Source: an uncultured bacterium (lineage in GTDB: Bacteria; Edwardsbacteria; AC1; EtOH8). From it: a stretch of 64,000 bases of DNA. Location: contig CAWAAX010000003.1 in assembly GCA_963780225.1 (NCBI GenBank), positions 24,193 to 88,192 of the forward strand, read 5' to 3'. The notes beneath the pieces were generated by a model, which was not told where the DNA came from, did no database searches, and worked only from the letters and a program-made list of their open reading frames with translations. Shown here in pieces: positions 8,302 through 19,357 of this stretch. Made by a program: the position numbers and the translations under genes. Every line of letters starts with the position of its first letter. The first letter of the stretch is position 1.

Positions 8302-10086
8302 CTATTTACTCAACCTTTTCAATTCTTCCAGCCAGCCTCTCACCACGTCATAGCTTCCCTGCCAGAACGAGGCCGAGCACATGTCTATCCCCACCTGCTT
8401 TAGGATCAGCTCCGGGTTTTGCGATCCGCCGTAGGCCAAGATCTGCTCGATCTTGGGCACAAAGGAACGGCCTTCATTTTTATACCGGGCGTAAAGGGCC
8501 ATGGACAACAGTTCCCCGAAATTATAGGCATAACAATAGAATGGCGTCTTGAATATGTGGGAAACATAAGCCCACTCGTAACGAAATTCCTCGGCCACCG
8601 ATACCGAGGAGCCAAACTGCTCCTTCAGCATTTTCAGGTAAAAGTCGGAGAGCTGGCTTTCCTTGGCGCCCTGGAGCAGCATCTGGTGGGCAGCCATCTC
8701 AAATTTAACAAAGTAGGCCTGGCGCATCACGGTGGCGTAGGAGTCGCCGATCTTCTCCAGCAGCATGGCCCGCTTTTCCCTGTCAGACTTGGTCTGGGCC
8801 AGCAGCCGTTCGAACACCAGCATCTCGGCGGTGGTGGAGGCGGTCTCGGCCAGGGGCAGGGTGGTCTCGGCCGGCGTGACCGAATGGGCCGAGGCATAAA
8901 GGTCATGGGCCCCGTGCCCCAGCTCATGGGCCAGGGTCATCACCGAGGAGTTGTCGCCGGAATAATTCAGCAGGATGTAGGGGGTTGTTTTTGGTGTGAT
9001 CATGGCGCAGAAGGCGCCTGCCTCCTTGCCCGGCCGGGGGTGGGTATCGATATGGCCGGCCTCGAAAATCTGCCGGGCGTTTTGGGCCAGGCCGGGAGAA
9101 AATTCATTGAAGGTCTCCAAGACCAGGGCTTTGGCCCGGTCAAAGGGCATGGAAGCCTTTTGTTTTTCCAGCGGGGCGTAAATGTCGTAGCGCCGCAATT
9201 GCTTCATTCCCAGCAGGCTGGCCTTGAGCTTAAAATACTCCTGATAAAGGCCGGCGTTGTCCGAGCTGACCTGTAACAAGGTCTCGATAGCCTGGTCCGG
9301 GACCTGGTTGTAAAAGTTACGCATGGCCATTGGAGAGACGAAATTCCGTTCCTTGGCATCCTGGTCCCAGTCTTTGGCCAGAGCCTGGTAGATGACGTAG
9401 AATTTGGAGATATTGTCCTGATAAGGCTTGAAAAGAGCCTGATAGGCAGCCTGACGCTCGGCCGGGTTGGGGCTGTAGAAGCAGGCCCGGATAGGGCTTT
9501 GGGTTTTGAATACTTTTTCCTTTTTCCCTTTGGGCTTAAAGCGGTACTCGAAACCGTCGCTGATCAGGTTATAAATCTCGTTCAGGGGATCAGCCCCGGT
9601 GACTTTTTTCCGGGATATTACTTTTTCCACATTCGGCTCCAGGGTATGGACCGCGCCCTGGCGCTGATAATCCAGGACATATTCCAGGTCTGGCACCGCT
9701 TTAAAAAGCCTTTGGGCGTTGGCGTCATCCAGCCTGCTCAGACCATCCACCGGCTTGCCCATCAGCCATTGGGTGATGGGCATCAGGGCTTGGCTGTGGC
9801 TGACCATCAGGTCCTGGGCCTTGGACTTGTAGAACCTGGCATCCTGGGAGTTGACGTCCACCGACATCCAGAGGGAGCCGTAGGAGCTCAGGCGGTTGAT
9901 GTCCTCCTTGAGACTTTCGGTGAAAGCCATCAACTGCTTAAAACTTTCCTCCGTCATTCCCGGGGACAGGGCCTTTAGATGGTCATCCAGCCTTGAGAGA
10001 TTCTTCTCGGTGTCCTGGAAAAGCTGATCAAACTTTCCCCGGGCCACGATGTCGTTTAGGTTCCAGTGCATTTCCTGTTTGGTCAT
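8302..10086 (-). CDS. pepF: Oligoendopeptidase F (M3B family)
   Basis: 594 aa with the HELGHGAH zinc motif and typical PepF length and blocks. Confidence 0.85.
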   Translation of the reverse strand: MTKQEMHWNLNDIVARGKFDQLFQDTEKNLSRLDDHLKALSPGMTEESFKQLMAFTESLKEDINRLSSYGSLWMSVDVNSQDARFYKSKAQDLMVSHSQALMPITQWLMGKPVDGLSRLDDANAQRLFKAVPDLEYVLDYQRQGAVHTLEPNVEKVISRKKVTGADPLNEIYNLISDGFEYRFKPKGKKEKVFKTQSPIRACFYSPNPAERQAAYQALFKPYQDNISKFYVIYQALAKDWDQDAKERNFVSPMAMRNFYNQVPDQAIETLLQVSSDNAGLYQEYFKLKASLLGMKQLRRYDIYAPLEKQKASMPFDRAKALVLETFNEFSPGLAQNARQIFEAGHIDTHPRPGKEAGAFCAMITPKTTPYILLNYSGDNSSVMTLAHELGHGAHDLYASAHSVTPAETTLPLAETASTTAEMLVFERLLAQTKSDREKRAMLLEKIGDSYATVMRQAYFVKFEMAAHQMLLQGAKESQLSDFYLKMLKEQFGSSVSVAEEFRYEWAYVSHIFKTPFYCYAYNFGELLSMALYARYKNEGRSFVPKIEQILAYGGSQNPELILKQVGIDMCSASFWQGSYDVVRGWLEELKRLSK

Positions 10087-10128
10087 GATGTTTACTCCCT
10101 GAATATTAAAGGTTTAATCTGAACAGAG

Positions 10129-10950
10129 TTAAACTGATCGTTTACTGTAAATGTTCATGTTCCACAAAGCTCCGGAATATTTTTGCGGTTGCCATAATCC
10201 GAAACCATCGATACAAATCGGTTCAAATCCGCATTTTCTTAGGAATACAAGAATGGTATGAGCATTAAAATGGTAAACATGAGCTATTAACGAAGCAGTT
10301 GGGCCTTTGGTTTCGGTGTCCGGTAACCTTAAGATCAATAAACCATTTTTATCAAGTAATGAAAATGCTTTGCGGATATATGCGGCAGGGTTTAAGGTGT
10401 GCTCAATTACGCTATACATGGCAATTATATCGTATTTGTCTGATTCGCTAATGTCTAAAAAGTTGCCTTTTAAGGCGGTGATCCCTGAATTGTGAAGTGC
10501 TTGTACACATTTCTCGTCGGTTTCTATTCCAAAAGCCTCCCAACCTCGTTGCTTGGCCTCTTTGAGTGTATATCCAGCACCGAAGCCTACTTCAAAAAAT
10601 CTGCCTTTTGATGCAAAGCGTTCTATGTCATTTAGTCGTAATACTGCAGTATCCTGCAAAGCTTTAGGATCATGAAATACATCAAGAGTAGCCTGCTCGT
10701 AAAGCGGATCGTTAGCGTTGGTATTGTGATATATTTCCGAATAAATATAATCGTAAAATGATTGAGATGGCTGGGGGTCCAGCCACATCATACCATCATG
10801 TAAGCAGCGCACAGTATGAAATAATTGACCATTAAGCACAAAACTATTGAGGGGTGTAATGTCCCTACGCTGGCATAAAAGACAGCCAACCTCACGTGTG
10901 TCTATGTGCAAAATATCGGGAATATTTATGTTGAAAATATTTGGAACCAT
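10129..10950 (-). CDS. Class I SAM-dependent methyltransferase with an N-terminal Cys cluster
   Basis: Motif I FFEVGFGAGY; N-terminal CLLC...VRCLHDG; clearly lower GC than the flanking genes. Confidence 0.7.
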   Translation of the reverse strand: MVPNIFNINIPDILHIDTREVGCLLCQRRDITPLNSFVLNGQLFHTVRCLHDGMMWLDPQPSQSFYDYIYSEIYHNTNANDPLYEQATLDVFHDPKALQDTAVLRLNDIERFASKGRFFEVGFGAGYTLKEAKQRGWEAFGIETDEKCVQALHNSGITALKGNFLDISESDKYDIIAMYSVIEHTLNPAAYIRKAFSLLDKNGLLILRLPDTETKGPTASLIAHVYHFNAHTILVFLRKCGFEPICIDGFGLWQPQKYSGALWNMNIYSKRSV

Positions 10951-11020
10951 AAAGGCATTTCAAATAAACGCAAAATATCGGGTGTGATAGGAACGGCAGT
11001 ATCACAATAAAGTGTTAAAA

Positions 11021-13504
11021 CTACTCGGTCACTTTGACCGGATTCACCTTCCAGATCTCACTGGCATACTGGGCGATGGAGCGGTCGCTGGAGAATTTGC
11101 CCATCCGGGCTACGTTGTAGATGGATTTCTTAAGCCAGAGGTCGGGCTGCAAAAAGGTCTGGTCCACTTCGTGCTGGCAGCGCAGGTAATCGGCAAAGTC
11201 GGCCAGCAGCATGTAATGATCTCCCTGATTCAGCAGGTTTTCAACCAGAGGCCGGAACAGTCCGGGCTCTTCCGGGGAAAAATGCCCGGCGGACAGCAGG
11301 TCCACCACTTTTTTAAGCCGGGGGTCGGAATCGTAGTACTTCCTAGGGTCATAGCCCTGCTGCCGCTTTTCTATGACTTGGTCGGCCTTGAGGCCGAAGA
11401 TGAAGATGTTGTCCGCCCCCACTTCCTCCATGATCTCCACGTTGGCCCCGTCCAAAGTTCCGATGGTCAGCGCCCCGTTCAAGGCGAATTTCATATTGCC
11501 GGTGCCGGAAGCTTCCATCCCGGCGGTGGAGATCTGCTGGGAAAGGTCGGCAGCCGGGATGATCAGCTCGGCCAGGCTGACCCCGTAATTGGCCAGAAAG
11601 ACCACCTTTAAATTCTGCCCCACCTCCGGATCGTGGTTCACTTTTTCGGCCACGGCGTTGATCAGCCGGATGACCAGCTTGGCAGTGACATAGCTGGGGG
11701 CGGCCTTGCCGGCAAAGATCACGGTGCGCTTTACGTGATCGCCTTTGGGGTTCTCCTTGATCTCGTTGTACCGGGCGATCACCCCTAAAATGTTCAACAG
11801 CTGCCGCTTGTATTCGTGGATCCTTTTGACCTGGCAGTCGAACAGCGAATCTACCGGGACCTCGATCCCGTTGTGGCGGCGGATGTATTCGGCCAGCCGG
11901 ATCTTGTTGGAGCGCTTGACCACCTGCCATTTCTCCCGGAACAGCACGTCGCCGGCAAAAGGCTCCAGTTTTTTCAGCTGGGTCAGGTCTTTTATCCAGC
12001 CGTTGCCTATTTTTTTGTTGATCAGGCCGGCCAGGTCCCGGTTGCAGGTGTTAAGCCAGCGCCGGGGGGTGATGCCGTTGGTCTTGTTGTTGAATTTCCC
12101 CGGAAAGAAATCGTTGAATTCCGGAAACACCTTTTCCTTAAGGATGCTGGTATGCAGCTCGGCCACCCCGTTCACCGAATGGCTGCCCACGATGGCCAGA
12201 TGGGCCATCTTTACCTGGGGATCGGAGCCCTCGCCGATGATGGACATGGCCTTAAGTTTGGACTGGTCGCCGGGATATCTTTTGGCCACCGCTTCCAGAA
12301 AGCGGCGGTTGATCTCCACAATTATCTGCATATGGCGGGGCAGCAGATGGGTCATCATGGAAACAGGCCAGTGCTCCAGGGCCTCGGGCATTACGGTGTG
12401 GTTGGTGTAAGCGAATGCCTGATTGGTCAACGCCCAGGCCGCATCCCACTCCAGGCCCTCCTCGTCCATCAGCAGGCGCATCATCTCGGGGATGGCTATG
12501 GCCGGGTGGGTGTCGTTCAGCTGAAAGGCGGTCTTTTGGGCGAAGGCGCCGAAATCGGGATGGGTCTTTTTATAGCGCCGGATGGCGTCCTGCAAAGTGG
12601 CGGTGACGAAGAAGTATTCCTGTTTCAGCCTAAGCTCCCGGCCCTGGTAAACGTTGTCGCTGGGGTACAGCACCCGGGTGATGTTCTCGTTCTGGTTCTT
12701 CTGCTCCACCGCCGCCACGTAGTCGCCGCTGTTGAAGTAGTTGAGGTCAAACTCCCGGGTGGACTTGGCCGACCAGAGTCTGAGGGTGTTGACGGTCTGG
12801 TTGCCGAAGCCCGGCACCGGCACGTCGTAGGCCATGGCCAGCACGTCCTGGCCGTCCTTCCATTCAAAGCGGTGGCGGCCGTCTGTCCGCAATGTCTGCT
12901 CCACCTTGCCGTAGAACTTGACCGGGTACAGGTATTCGGGCCGGGGCAGCTCCCAGGGGTTGCCGTAGCGCAGCCAGTTGTCGGGAGTCTCCACCTGTTG
13001 GCCGTTCAGTATCTTTTGGGAAAATATCCCGTACTCGTAGCGGATGCCATAGCCGTAGGCCGGCAGCTCCATGGTGGCCATGGAATCCAGAAAGCAGGCG
13101 GCCAACCGGCCCAGTCCGCCGTTGCCCAGCCCCGCGTCCCATTCAAAATCCTCCAGTTGTTCTATATCCAGGCCCAGATCGGTCATGGCGTCATGAGCCG
13201 CCTCGTCCATCTGGAGGTTCAGCAAGTTGTTGCCCAGCAGGCGGCCGATCAAAAATTCCAGCGAAAGGTAGTAGACCCTTTTAGTGTCGTCACGGTAATA
13301 GGCCTGCTGGGTCTTGATCCAGCGCTCCACCAGCCGCTCCCGCACTGTCAGGGCCAGGCCGGTAAAGTAGTCGCGGTCGGTGGCCGAGTATTTGTCCTTG
13401 GCCAGGGCAAAGGTCAAATTGTCGCCGAAGGAGCGCTTGATGGAATTCTTGTCCAGGCCCTGCCGGGTGACGGGGTAGTTATTGTTTTTTCCGTTTTCGG
13501 GCAT
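11021..13504 (-). CDS. glgP: Glycogen/alpha-glucan phosphorylase
   Basis: 827 aa with the phosphorylase signature EASGTGNMKFALNGALTIGTLDGANVE (PLP-lysine region). Confidence 0.92.
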   Translation of the reverse strand: MPENGKNNNYPVTRQGLDKNSIKRSFGDNLTFALAKDKYSATDRDYFTGLALTVRERLVERWIKTQQAYYRDDTKRVYYLSLEFLIGRLLGNNLLNLQMDEAAHDAMTDLGLDIEQLEDFEWDAGLGNGGLGRLAACFLDSMATMELPAYGYGIRYEYGIFSQKILNGQQVETPDNWLRYGNPWELPRPEYLYPVKFYGKVEQTLRTDGRHRFEWKDGQDVLAMAYDVPVPGFGNQTVNTLRLWSAKSTREFDLNYFNSGDYVAAVEQKNQNENITRVLYPSDNVYQGRELRLKQEYFFVTATLQDAIRRYKKTHPDFGAFAQKTAFQLNDTHPAIAIPEMMRLLMDEEGLEWDAAWALTNQAFAYTNHTVMPEALEHWPVSMMTHLLPRHMQIIVEINRRFLEAVAKRYPGDQSKLKAMSIIGEGSDPQVKMAHLAIVGSHSVNGVAELHTSILKEKVFPEFNDFFPGKFNNKTNGITPRRWLNTCNRDLAGLINKKIGNGWIKDLTQLKKLEPFAGDVLFREKWQVVKRSNKIRLAEYIRRHNGIEVPVDSLFDCQVKRIHEYKRQLLNILGVIARYNEIKENPKGDHVKRTVIFAGKAAPSYVTAKLVIRLINAVAEKVNHDPEVGQNLKVVFLANYGVSLAELIIPAADLSQQISTAGMEASGTGNMKFALNGALTIGTLDGANVEIMEEVGADNIFIFGLKADQVIEKRQQGYDPRKYYDSDPRLKKVVDLLSAGHFSPEEPGLFRPLVENLLNQGDHYMLLADFADYLRCQHEVDQTFLQPDLWLKKSIYNVARMGKFSSDRSIAQYASEIWKVNPVKVTE

Positions 13505-13542
13505 CTGTGTCCTTACTGCTGTAAGCTATAAGCTGTATGCTT

Positions 13543-13896
13543 TCAGCCTTTAAGCTTTTTGATGAAGGCGATCAGCATACATTTAATTTCAATAATTTGA
13601 GCCGTCAGATTGTCGTAAGTGGAACCGTTTAGATATTGCAGGTCCTTAGATAATAAAATATGGTATTCAAGTTCGCTGGCAGAACCGGCTGCAATACATA
13701 AAAACCTGGCCAATTCGGCGTCTCCAAACCGGCAGCACCCTTCAGCGATATTGGCGGGGATTGACGAAGCCGCACGCCTGATCTGACTGGTCAAACCATA
13801 AGTTTCTTCTTTTGGGAACGAGCGCGAAGCCGTGTAAATGGCAAGTGTCAGCTTATGAGCTTTCTGCCAGACCTTCAAATTCTTAAAGTCCTGCAT
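13543..13896 (-). CDS. Four-helix-bundle protein (23S rRNA intervening-sequence protein family)
   Basis: LKVWQKAHKLTLAIY...QIRRAASSIPANIAEG is characteristic of the family; 117 aa, AT-rich. Confidence 0.85.
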   Translation of the reverse strand: MQDFKNLKVWQKAHKLTLAIYTASRSFPKEETYGLTSQIRRAASSIPANIAEGCCRFGDAELARFLCIAAGSASELEYHILLSKDLQYLNGSTYDNLTAQIIEIKCMLIAFIKKLKG

Positions 13897-13965
13897 AAAT
13901 TCCTCCGTATGCTTTGTGTTTAACCCGGTAATCTTACAGCATACGGCTGACAGCTTATGGCTGTG

Positions 13966-15267
13966 TCAGGAAGCCCCGAACAACGCATCCTCTATCTTAT
14001 ACGTTCCCAGACTCGGCGCATTCATGAACCCGTGCCAGGCGGCCTCGGCGTAGCGCCCGCTCTCCAGCACGTAGAACAGCCACTGGTCCACGTAGCGGGG
14101 ATCCTCCTGCAAAAAGCCCGAGCCGATGTGCTCCAGCCATTCCTGGTTGAACTTCTCGTGGGCCCCCACCGGCGGGGCGATGATGATGGGCAGTCCCAGC
14201 GCGGTGTAGAAGGACATCTCCGAGGGCTTGGTCCAGATGATGTCGGTATCGTGCAGTTCCTGGTTGAAGGCGGCAAAGTAGGCCCGCTTGTCCAGACCGT
14301 AGACCACCTTGACCCCGGAGCGGCTCTCGCAGTCGCAGCCCATGGCGCTCAATTCCTTCTTGAAATAACTGGCCACGTCCAGCCGGGTGCCGGCCACCAG
14401 GGTCACCCGGATCTTGCCCTGCTCGATCTTCTTCTTGAGCGATCTGACGATGGTGATGCCGATCTCGGTCTGGGCCCCGGCCCCGCCCACCATGTAGCAC
14501 AGGGTCACCGGGCGCTTGCTCTTCTCCTTGACGTCGCCCAGGTATTTGTGGATCACCTCGCGGTAGGCCGAGATGAACCGGTTGTTGGGGTCCAGGGTAG
14601 GCAGGCGCTCCAGCAGGTCCTTCTTTAAAATGGTCTGGTCCCGGCCGCCGATGTTCTCCCGGGGCAGGGGAAAGCCGGTCATGGTTATCCGGTCCTCGGG
14701 CACCCCGTACTGGCGCAGGCGCATGGAGGCGTGGCGGGAGGGGGTCAGGTAGTTGATCCGGGACTCGGCCGGGTTCTTGCTGACCCAGACCCGGTTCATG
14801 TCGGTGTCGGTGATGACGCAGTAGACCCGCTGCAGTCCCAGATAGTCCGCGGCCAGGGCCGGGATGAAGTGGGTGGCGATGAAGGGCAGGCTTTCCTTTT
14901 TCACATAGTCTATCAGGCTGGAACACAGGCCCCACTTCTCTATCATCTTCTTGGTCCTCAGCACCGTGGCGGTGGGCCGGAAATCAACCTTGAAAGGATA
15001 GAAGGGGGCTATGGCCTGCAGTTTGTCGTACAGCCCAAAGATGAACGGCCCGATGCCGGGGATGGATTTAAGCCGGGAGACCGTCTCGTAGCCGATCCGG
15101 CTCCACTCCCAGATGTTCTTTTCCCGGGGCGAGATGATCTGGTCGTTGTTGGCGGTGATTATCCGCTCGTTGGCGATCTCGTTAAGGGGATAGGCGGCCC
15201 GCTGGTGGCCGTAGCCCATGTCCACCGAGACCACCCAGGCCCGTCTGGAACCTTCTTGTGCAGGCAT
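13966..15267 (-). CDS. GT-B-like glycosyltransferase (MGDG-synthase/UgtP-like), tentative
   Basis: The N-terminal VSVDMGYGHQRAA resembles the GxGH motif of MGDG-synthase-type enzymes, and MVGGAGAQ appears mid-protein; the family was not verified. Confidence 0.45.
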   Translation of the reverse strand: MPAQEGSRRAWVVSVDMGYGHQRAAYPLNEIANERIITANNDQIISPREKNIWEWSRIGYETVSRLKSIPGIGPFIFGLYDKLQAIAPFYPFKVDFRPTATVLRTKKMIEKWGLCSSLIDYVKKESLPFIATHFIPALAADYLGLQRVYCVITDTDMNRVWVSKNPAESRINYLTPSRHASMRLRQYGVPEDRITMTGFPLPRENIGGRDQTILKKDLLERLPTLDPNNRFISAYREVIHKYLGDVKEKSKRPVTLCYMVGGAGAQTEIGITIVRSLKKKIEQGKIRVTLVAGTRLDVASYFKKELSAMGCDCESRSGVKVVYGLDKRAYFAAFNQELHDTDIIWTKPSEMSFYTALGLPIIIAPPVGAHEKFNQEWLEHIGSGFLQEDPRYVDQWLFYVLESGRYAEAAWHGFMNAPSLGTYKIEDALFGAS

Positions 15268-15379
15268 AGTCTTTAGCTATTAGCATTTATGATTATGAAT
15301 TAAGGGAACTTATCACAGAACTCATCCCGTTTCCTGCTTCTGGTCAAGAGAAGTGCAGTAGGGTCGAGTTTTAATCGTA

Positions 15380-15841
15380 TCAGCTCTTGGTTATCTGCTC
15401 CGCAAATTTGTCCAGCTCCGCCGCGTACTGGCTTCCGGCCACCTGCTTGGTCTTGACCGTCAGCGTGGCTAAAGGCTTTTGCCCCAGGATATCCTCCACA
15501 TGGGAGAAAAGCCCCTGGTCGCCGGAGCCGCCCATGGTGCAGAAGCAGGCTGACTTTTTGATCTTGCTTTTCTGCTGGGTCAGGTAGGTCCGCAACGCCG
15601 GAGCCATGGTGCCGGCCCAGACCGGCGAGCCCACCACCACCAGGTCGTACTGGGCCGGGTCCTTTTGGGCCGGGGAGATCACGGTCATGAATTTTTTGAC
15701 GGCGTCCCGGCCGCCCTTGAGCCAGCCCATGATGCCCTTGCGGCTGGTGTTGTCCACTAATTCTTCCGTGTCGGCCTGCAGTTTGGCCGCCAGGGCCAGG
15801 GCCAGCTTTTTGGTGAACCCGGTGCGGCTGTAATAGACCAC
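15380..15841 (-). CDS. Flavodoxin-like protein
   Basis: N-terminal MVYYSRTGFTKK (FMN phosphate-binding loop type) and GSPVWAGTMAP. Confidence 0.7.
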   Translation of the reverse strand: MVYYSRTGFTKKLALALAAKLQADTEELVDNTSRKGIMGWLKGGRDAVKKFMTVISPAQKDPAQYDLVVVGSPVWAGTMAPALRTYLTQQKSKIKKSACFCTMGGSGDQGLFSHVEDILGQKPLATLTVKTKQVAGSQYAAELDKFAEQITKS

Positions 15842-15978
15842 TAGAAGTTTTCATGTTACATTTTCCTATGTTCAATTTAATTTTATTATTCAAGACCGCA
15901 GAAGACTGAAGATGGAAGCAAGATTATGTTTTGCGTGTATTTTGATTTTGCGTTTTTTCGTGCTATTTTGTGGTTGAA

Positions 15979-16959
<981 letters not shown>

Positions 16960-17327
16960 AATATCAGGCCTTTCAAAATGCTAAATGCTAAATCATAAAA
17001 CCTAAACAATATCCAATTTCTAAAAATAAAACTCAAAACAAAACAAAGACTTTAGGATTTAGATATTATCATTTAGGATTTGCATAGCTTATTTACGGGT
17101 AGAATAAGCTATGTTATTAGTCTAACAGATTTAAATGCTATAAGTCAATCATAAAATCAGTATTTTACCGGTAATAACCCTATCTATACGCCTGGGGCCG
17201 GTAACTTATTGCCAATGTGGCCTTAAATGCCATAATATACTTAAAAAATCTTTACTTTTCGGGAACCGGACAGCTACCATTTTTACTCTAATCAATTATC
17301 ACTAACTGTCTAATAAGGAGTTTTACC

Positions 17328-19343
17328 ATGCATTTTAAGAAGTTGCTGTGGGTTCTGCTGTTATTCCCGGCCCTGGCCTGGTCCCAGGGGATCAGCTGGG
17401 GGCCAAGAGTAAGGGTGGATGATGCCTTGGATCCCGTTCCTCATGAGGCCATTCATCCCTACACCATCATCGATGACAGCCTGGCTGCCAGCCCCAGGGT
17501 CTACACCGTTTGGGAGGACGACCGGGATGGCAATGGGCGTCACGCCATCTATTTTGCTAAATCCACAGACTTGGCAGCCACTTATTCCCGGCCTAATGTG
17601 GTGGTTTGCAACGACAGCCTGGACAACGTCTACCCCTGGATGGTCAAGGGGGCTTCGGGAGCTATCTACATCGTCTGGCAGGTGAACTACCCCGACACCT
17701 ACTGGAGGATCTACCTCTCCAAGTCCACCGACGGCGGGGCCACCTTCAGCCTGCCCGACACCATCAAAGGGCCGTCCATCCTGAACAATAAGGAAGACGC
17801 CAATAACTACGGCCTGCTGCCCCGGATCGCGGTGGACCCCAGGGACAGCATCCTTTACCTGGTCTGGACCGAGGCCACTGGGGCCCTGGCCACCAAGATC
17901 CGTTGCTCCCGGTCCCTGACCAAGGACAACAACTTTTCCGGGATGGTCCGGGTCAACGTGGACTCGCTGAAGGCTGCCAAGCACCCGGCCATCGCCACCG
18001 ATGACAGCGGACAAGTCTATGTGACCTACGAACAGAGCGACGGCGGGAACACCAACGACCCGCAGTGCGACATCTTCTTCAACCAGTCCAACGACTATGG
18101 GCTGTCCTTCGGGGCGGCCGACCTGATGATCAACGACAACGGCGACGTAGCCCGGATGCAGAACCCCACCATCGACCGTATCAAAAATAAGACCATGGTG
18201 ATCTGGGAGGATACCCGGACCGGGGTGGCGGCCTCCAACGCCCAGCCGGTGCTGTTCTTCAGCCAGAAGTCCGACACTTCGGCCGCCTTCTCGGCCAACG
18301 TCCGGGTCAGCGACACCCTTTCCGGCACCTGGAACTACCGGCCCCGGATGGCCATCGACCAGACAACCGGCAACATGATCGTGGTCTGGCACTCCAACCT
18401 GGGCCTGACCGACTCGCTTTTTGAACTGAGGCTGTGCGCCTTCAACGATACCGTCAACGAGTTCACTCCGTCCTATAAGATGTTCGATACTTACACCGGC
18501 AACAGCGGGGCCAATTTCGGCAACATCTTCTATCCCCCGGCGGTGGCCATCACCAACATCGACTCGGTGGCCAACTTCTTCCTGGTCTGGCGGGATCTAA
18601 TCGAGGACACCACCGGCAACATCTATTCCCGGCACGGGCATGTGGTGATCAGCCAGGTGGATTTGGACATCTTCCCCGACCTGCTGGATGCCGCAGGCGA
18701 CAGCCTGGATTTTGGAGTGCTGCCGGCCGGCCCGGCTTACGTCTCCCGCAGTTTCCGGATCGTAAATACCCGGGACTCGCTTAATCCCGATTCCTTGGAC
18801 GGCCCCAGCACTGCGGTGATCGACAGCCTGACGGCCAACGGCATCACTTTGCACAATGTTGACAACTCCTTGCTGACCTTAAGCGTTGGCTTCATAGAAT
18901 CTCCGGCCTCTTTCCCCGCCCTGAACATCGGCCAGACCTTGGACGTGACCATCACCTTGTACGTTCCCGAAGGAACCCCGGCCGGGCGTTACGTGGGCTA
19001 TGCCAAACTGCGGGCGGTGGGAAATGACCTGACGGTGGACACCGATTCCATCAGGATCGTAGTCCAGGGCCCAACCGCAGCCACGGACCTGGAGAACTTA
19101 AGGGTATTCCCCAACCCCTTTAAGCCCTACATCGGACACACCTGTGTCAACTTCGAGGGGCTGACGTCTTCGGCCACCATCAGGATATACGACATCAAGG
19201 GCCGCTTGGTGGAAGAGATCGCCGAGACCAACGGCGACGGTTTGGCCACTTGGGCCGCCAAAGCCGCCAGCGGGGTGTACATATATTCCGTGACCAATCC
19301 CCAGGGGGCAAAAAAGACCGGCAAGATAGCCATAATCCGATAA
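17328..19343 (+). CDS. Secreted BNR/Asp-box repeat protein with a T9SS-type C-terminal sorting domain
   Basis: Signal peptide; Asp-box motifs SKSTDGGATFS, AKSTDLAATYS, NQSNDYGLSFG; C-terminal VFPNPFKP...GVYIYSV...KIAIIR. Confidence 0.7.
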   Translation: MHFKKLLWVLLLFPALAWSQGISWGPRVRVDDALDPVPHEAIHPYTIIDDSLAASPRVYTVWEDDRDGNGRHAIYFAKSTDLAATYSRPNVVVCNDSLDNVYPWMVKGASGAIYIVWQVNYPDTYWRIYLSKSTDGGATFSLPDTIKGPSILNNKEDANNYGLLPRIAVDPRDSILYLVWTEATGALATKIRCSRSLTKDNNFSGMVRVNVDSLKAAKHPAIATDDSGQVYVTYEQSDGGNTNDPQCDIFFNQSNDYGLSFGAADLMINDNGDVARMQNPTIDRIKNKTMVIWEDTRTGVAASNAQPVLFFSQKSDTSAAFSANVRVSDTLSGTWNYRPRMAIDQTTGNMIVVWHSNLGLTDSLFELRLCAFNDTVNEFTPSYKMFDTYTGNSGANFGNIFYPPAVAITNIDSVANFFLVWRDLIEDTTGNIYSRHGHVVISQVDLDIFPDLLDAAGDSLDFGVLPAGPAYVSRSFRIVNTRDSLNPDSLDGPSTAVIDSLTANGITLHNVDNSLLTLSVGFIESPASFPALNIGQTLDVTITLYVPEGTPAGRYVGYAKLRAVGNDLTVDTDSIRIVVQGPTAATDLENLRVFPNPFKPYIGHTCVNFEGLTSSATIRIYDIKGRLVEEIAETNGDGLATWAAKAASGVYIYSVTNPQGAKKTGKIAIIR

Positions 19344-19357
19344 CCGAAGATATTTCT

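Noticed and set aside
10205-10225. GGTTCAAATCC, a tRNA T-loop-like motif
   Set aside because: The flanking bases do not form a T-stem, an acceptor stem or an anticodon arm, and the motif lies inside the methyltransferase CDS. No tRNA gene could be folded anywhere in the window.
11816-13531. 571-aa ORF on the plus strand
   Set aside because: It is entirely antisense to the well-supported glgP gene. Its composition is low-complexity and rich in G, V, A, L, P and Q, typical of antisense frames in GC-rich coding DNA. It has no recognisable motifs.
13997-14935. 312-aa minus-strand ORF in an alternative frame of the glycosyltransferase-like gene
   Set aside because: It overlaps the longer 433-aa ORF on the same strand and has an Arg/Pro/Gly-rich composition typical of an off-frame translation of GC-rich DNA.
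17361-18392. 343-aa minus-strand ORF
   Set aside because: It is antisense to the BNR-repeat / T9SS cargo gene, which has a signal peptide, Asp-boxes and a sorting domain. I judge it spurious.
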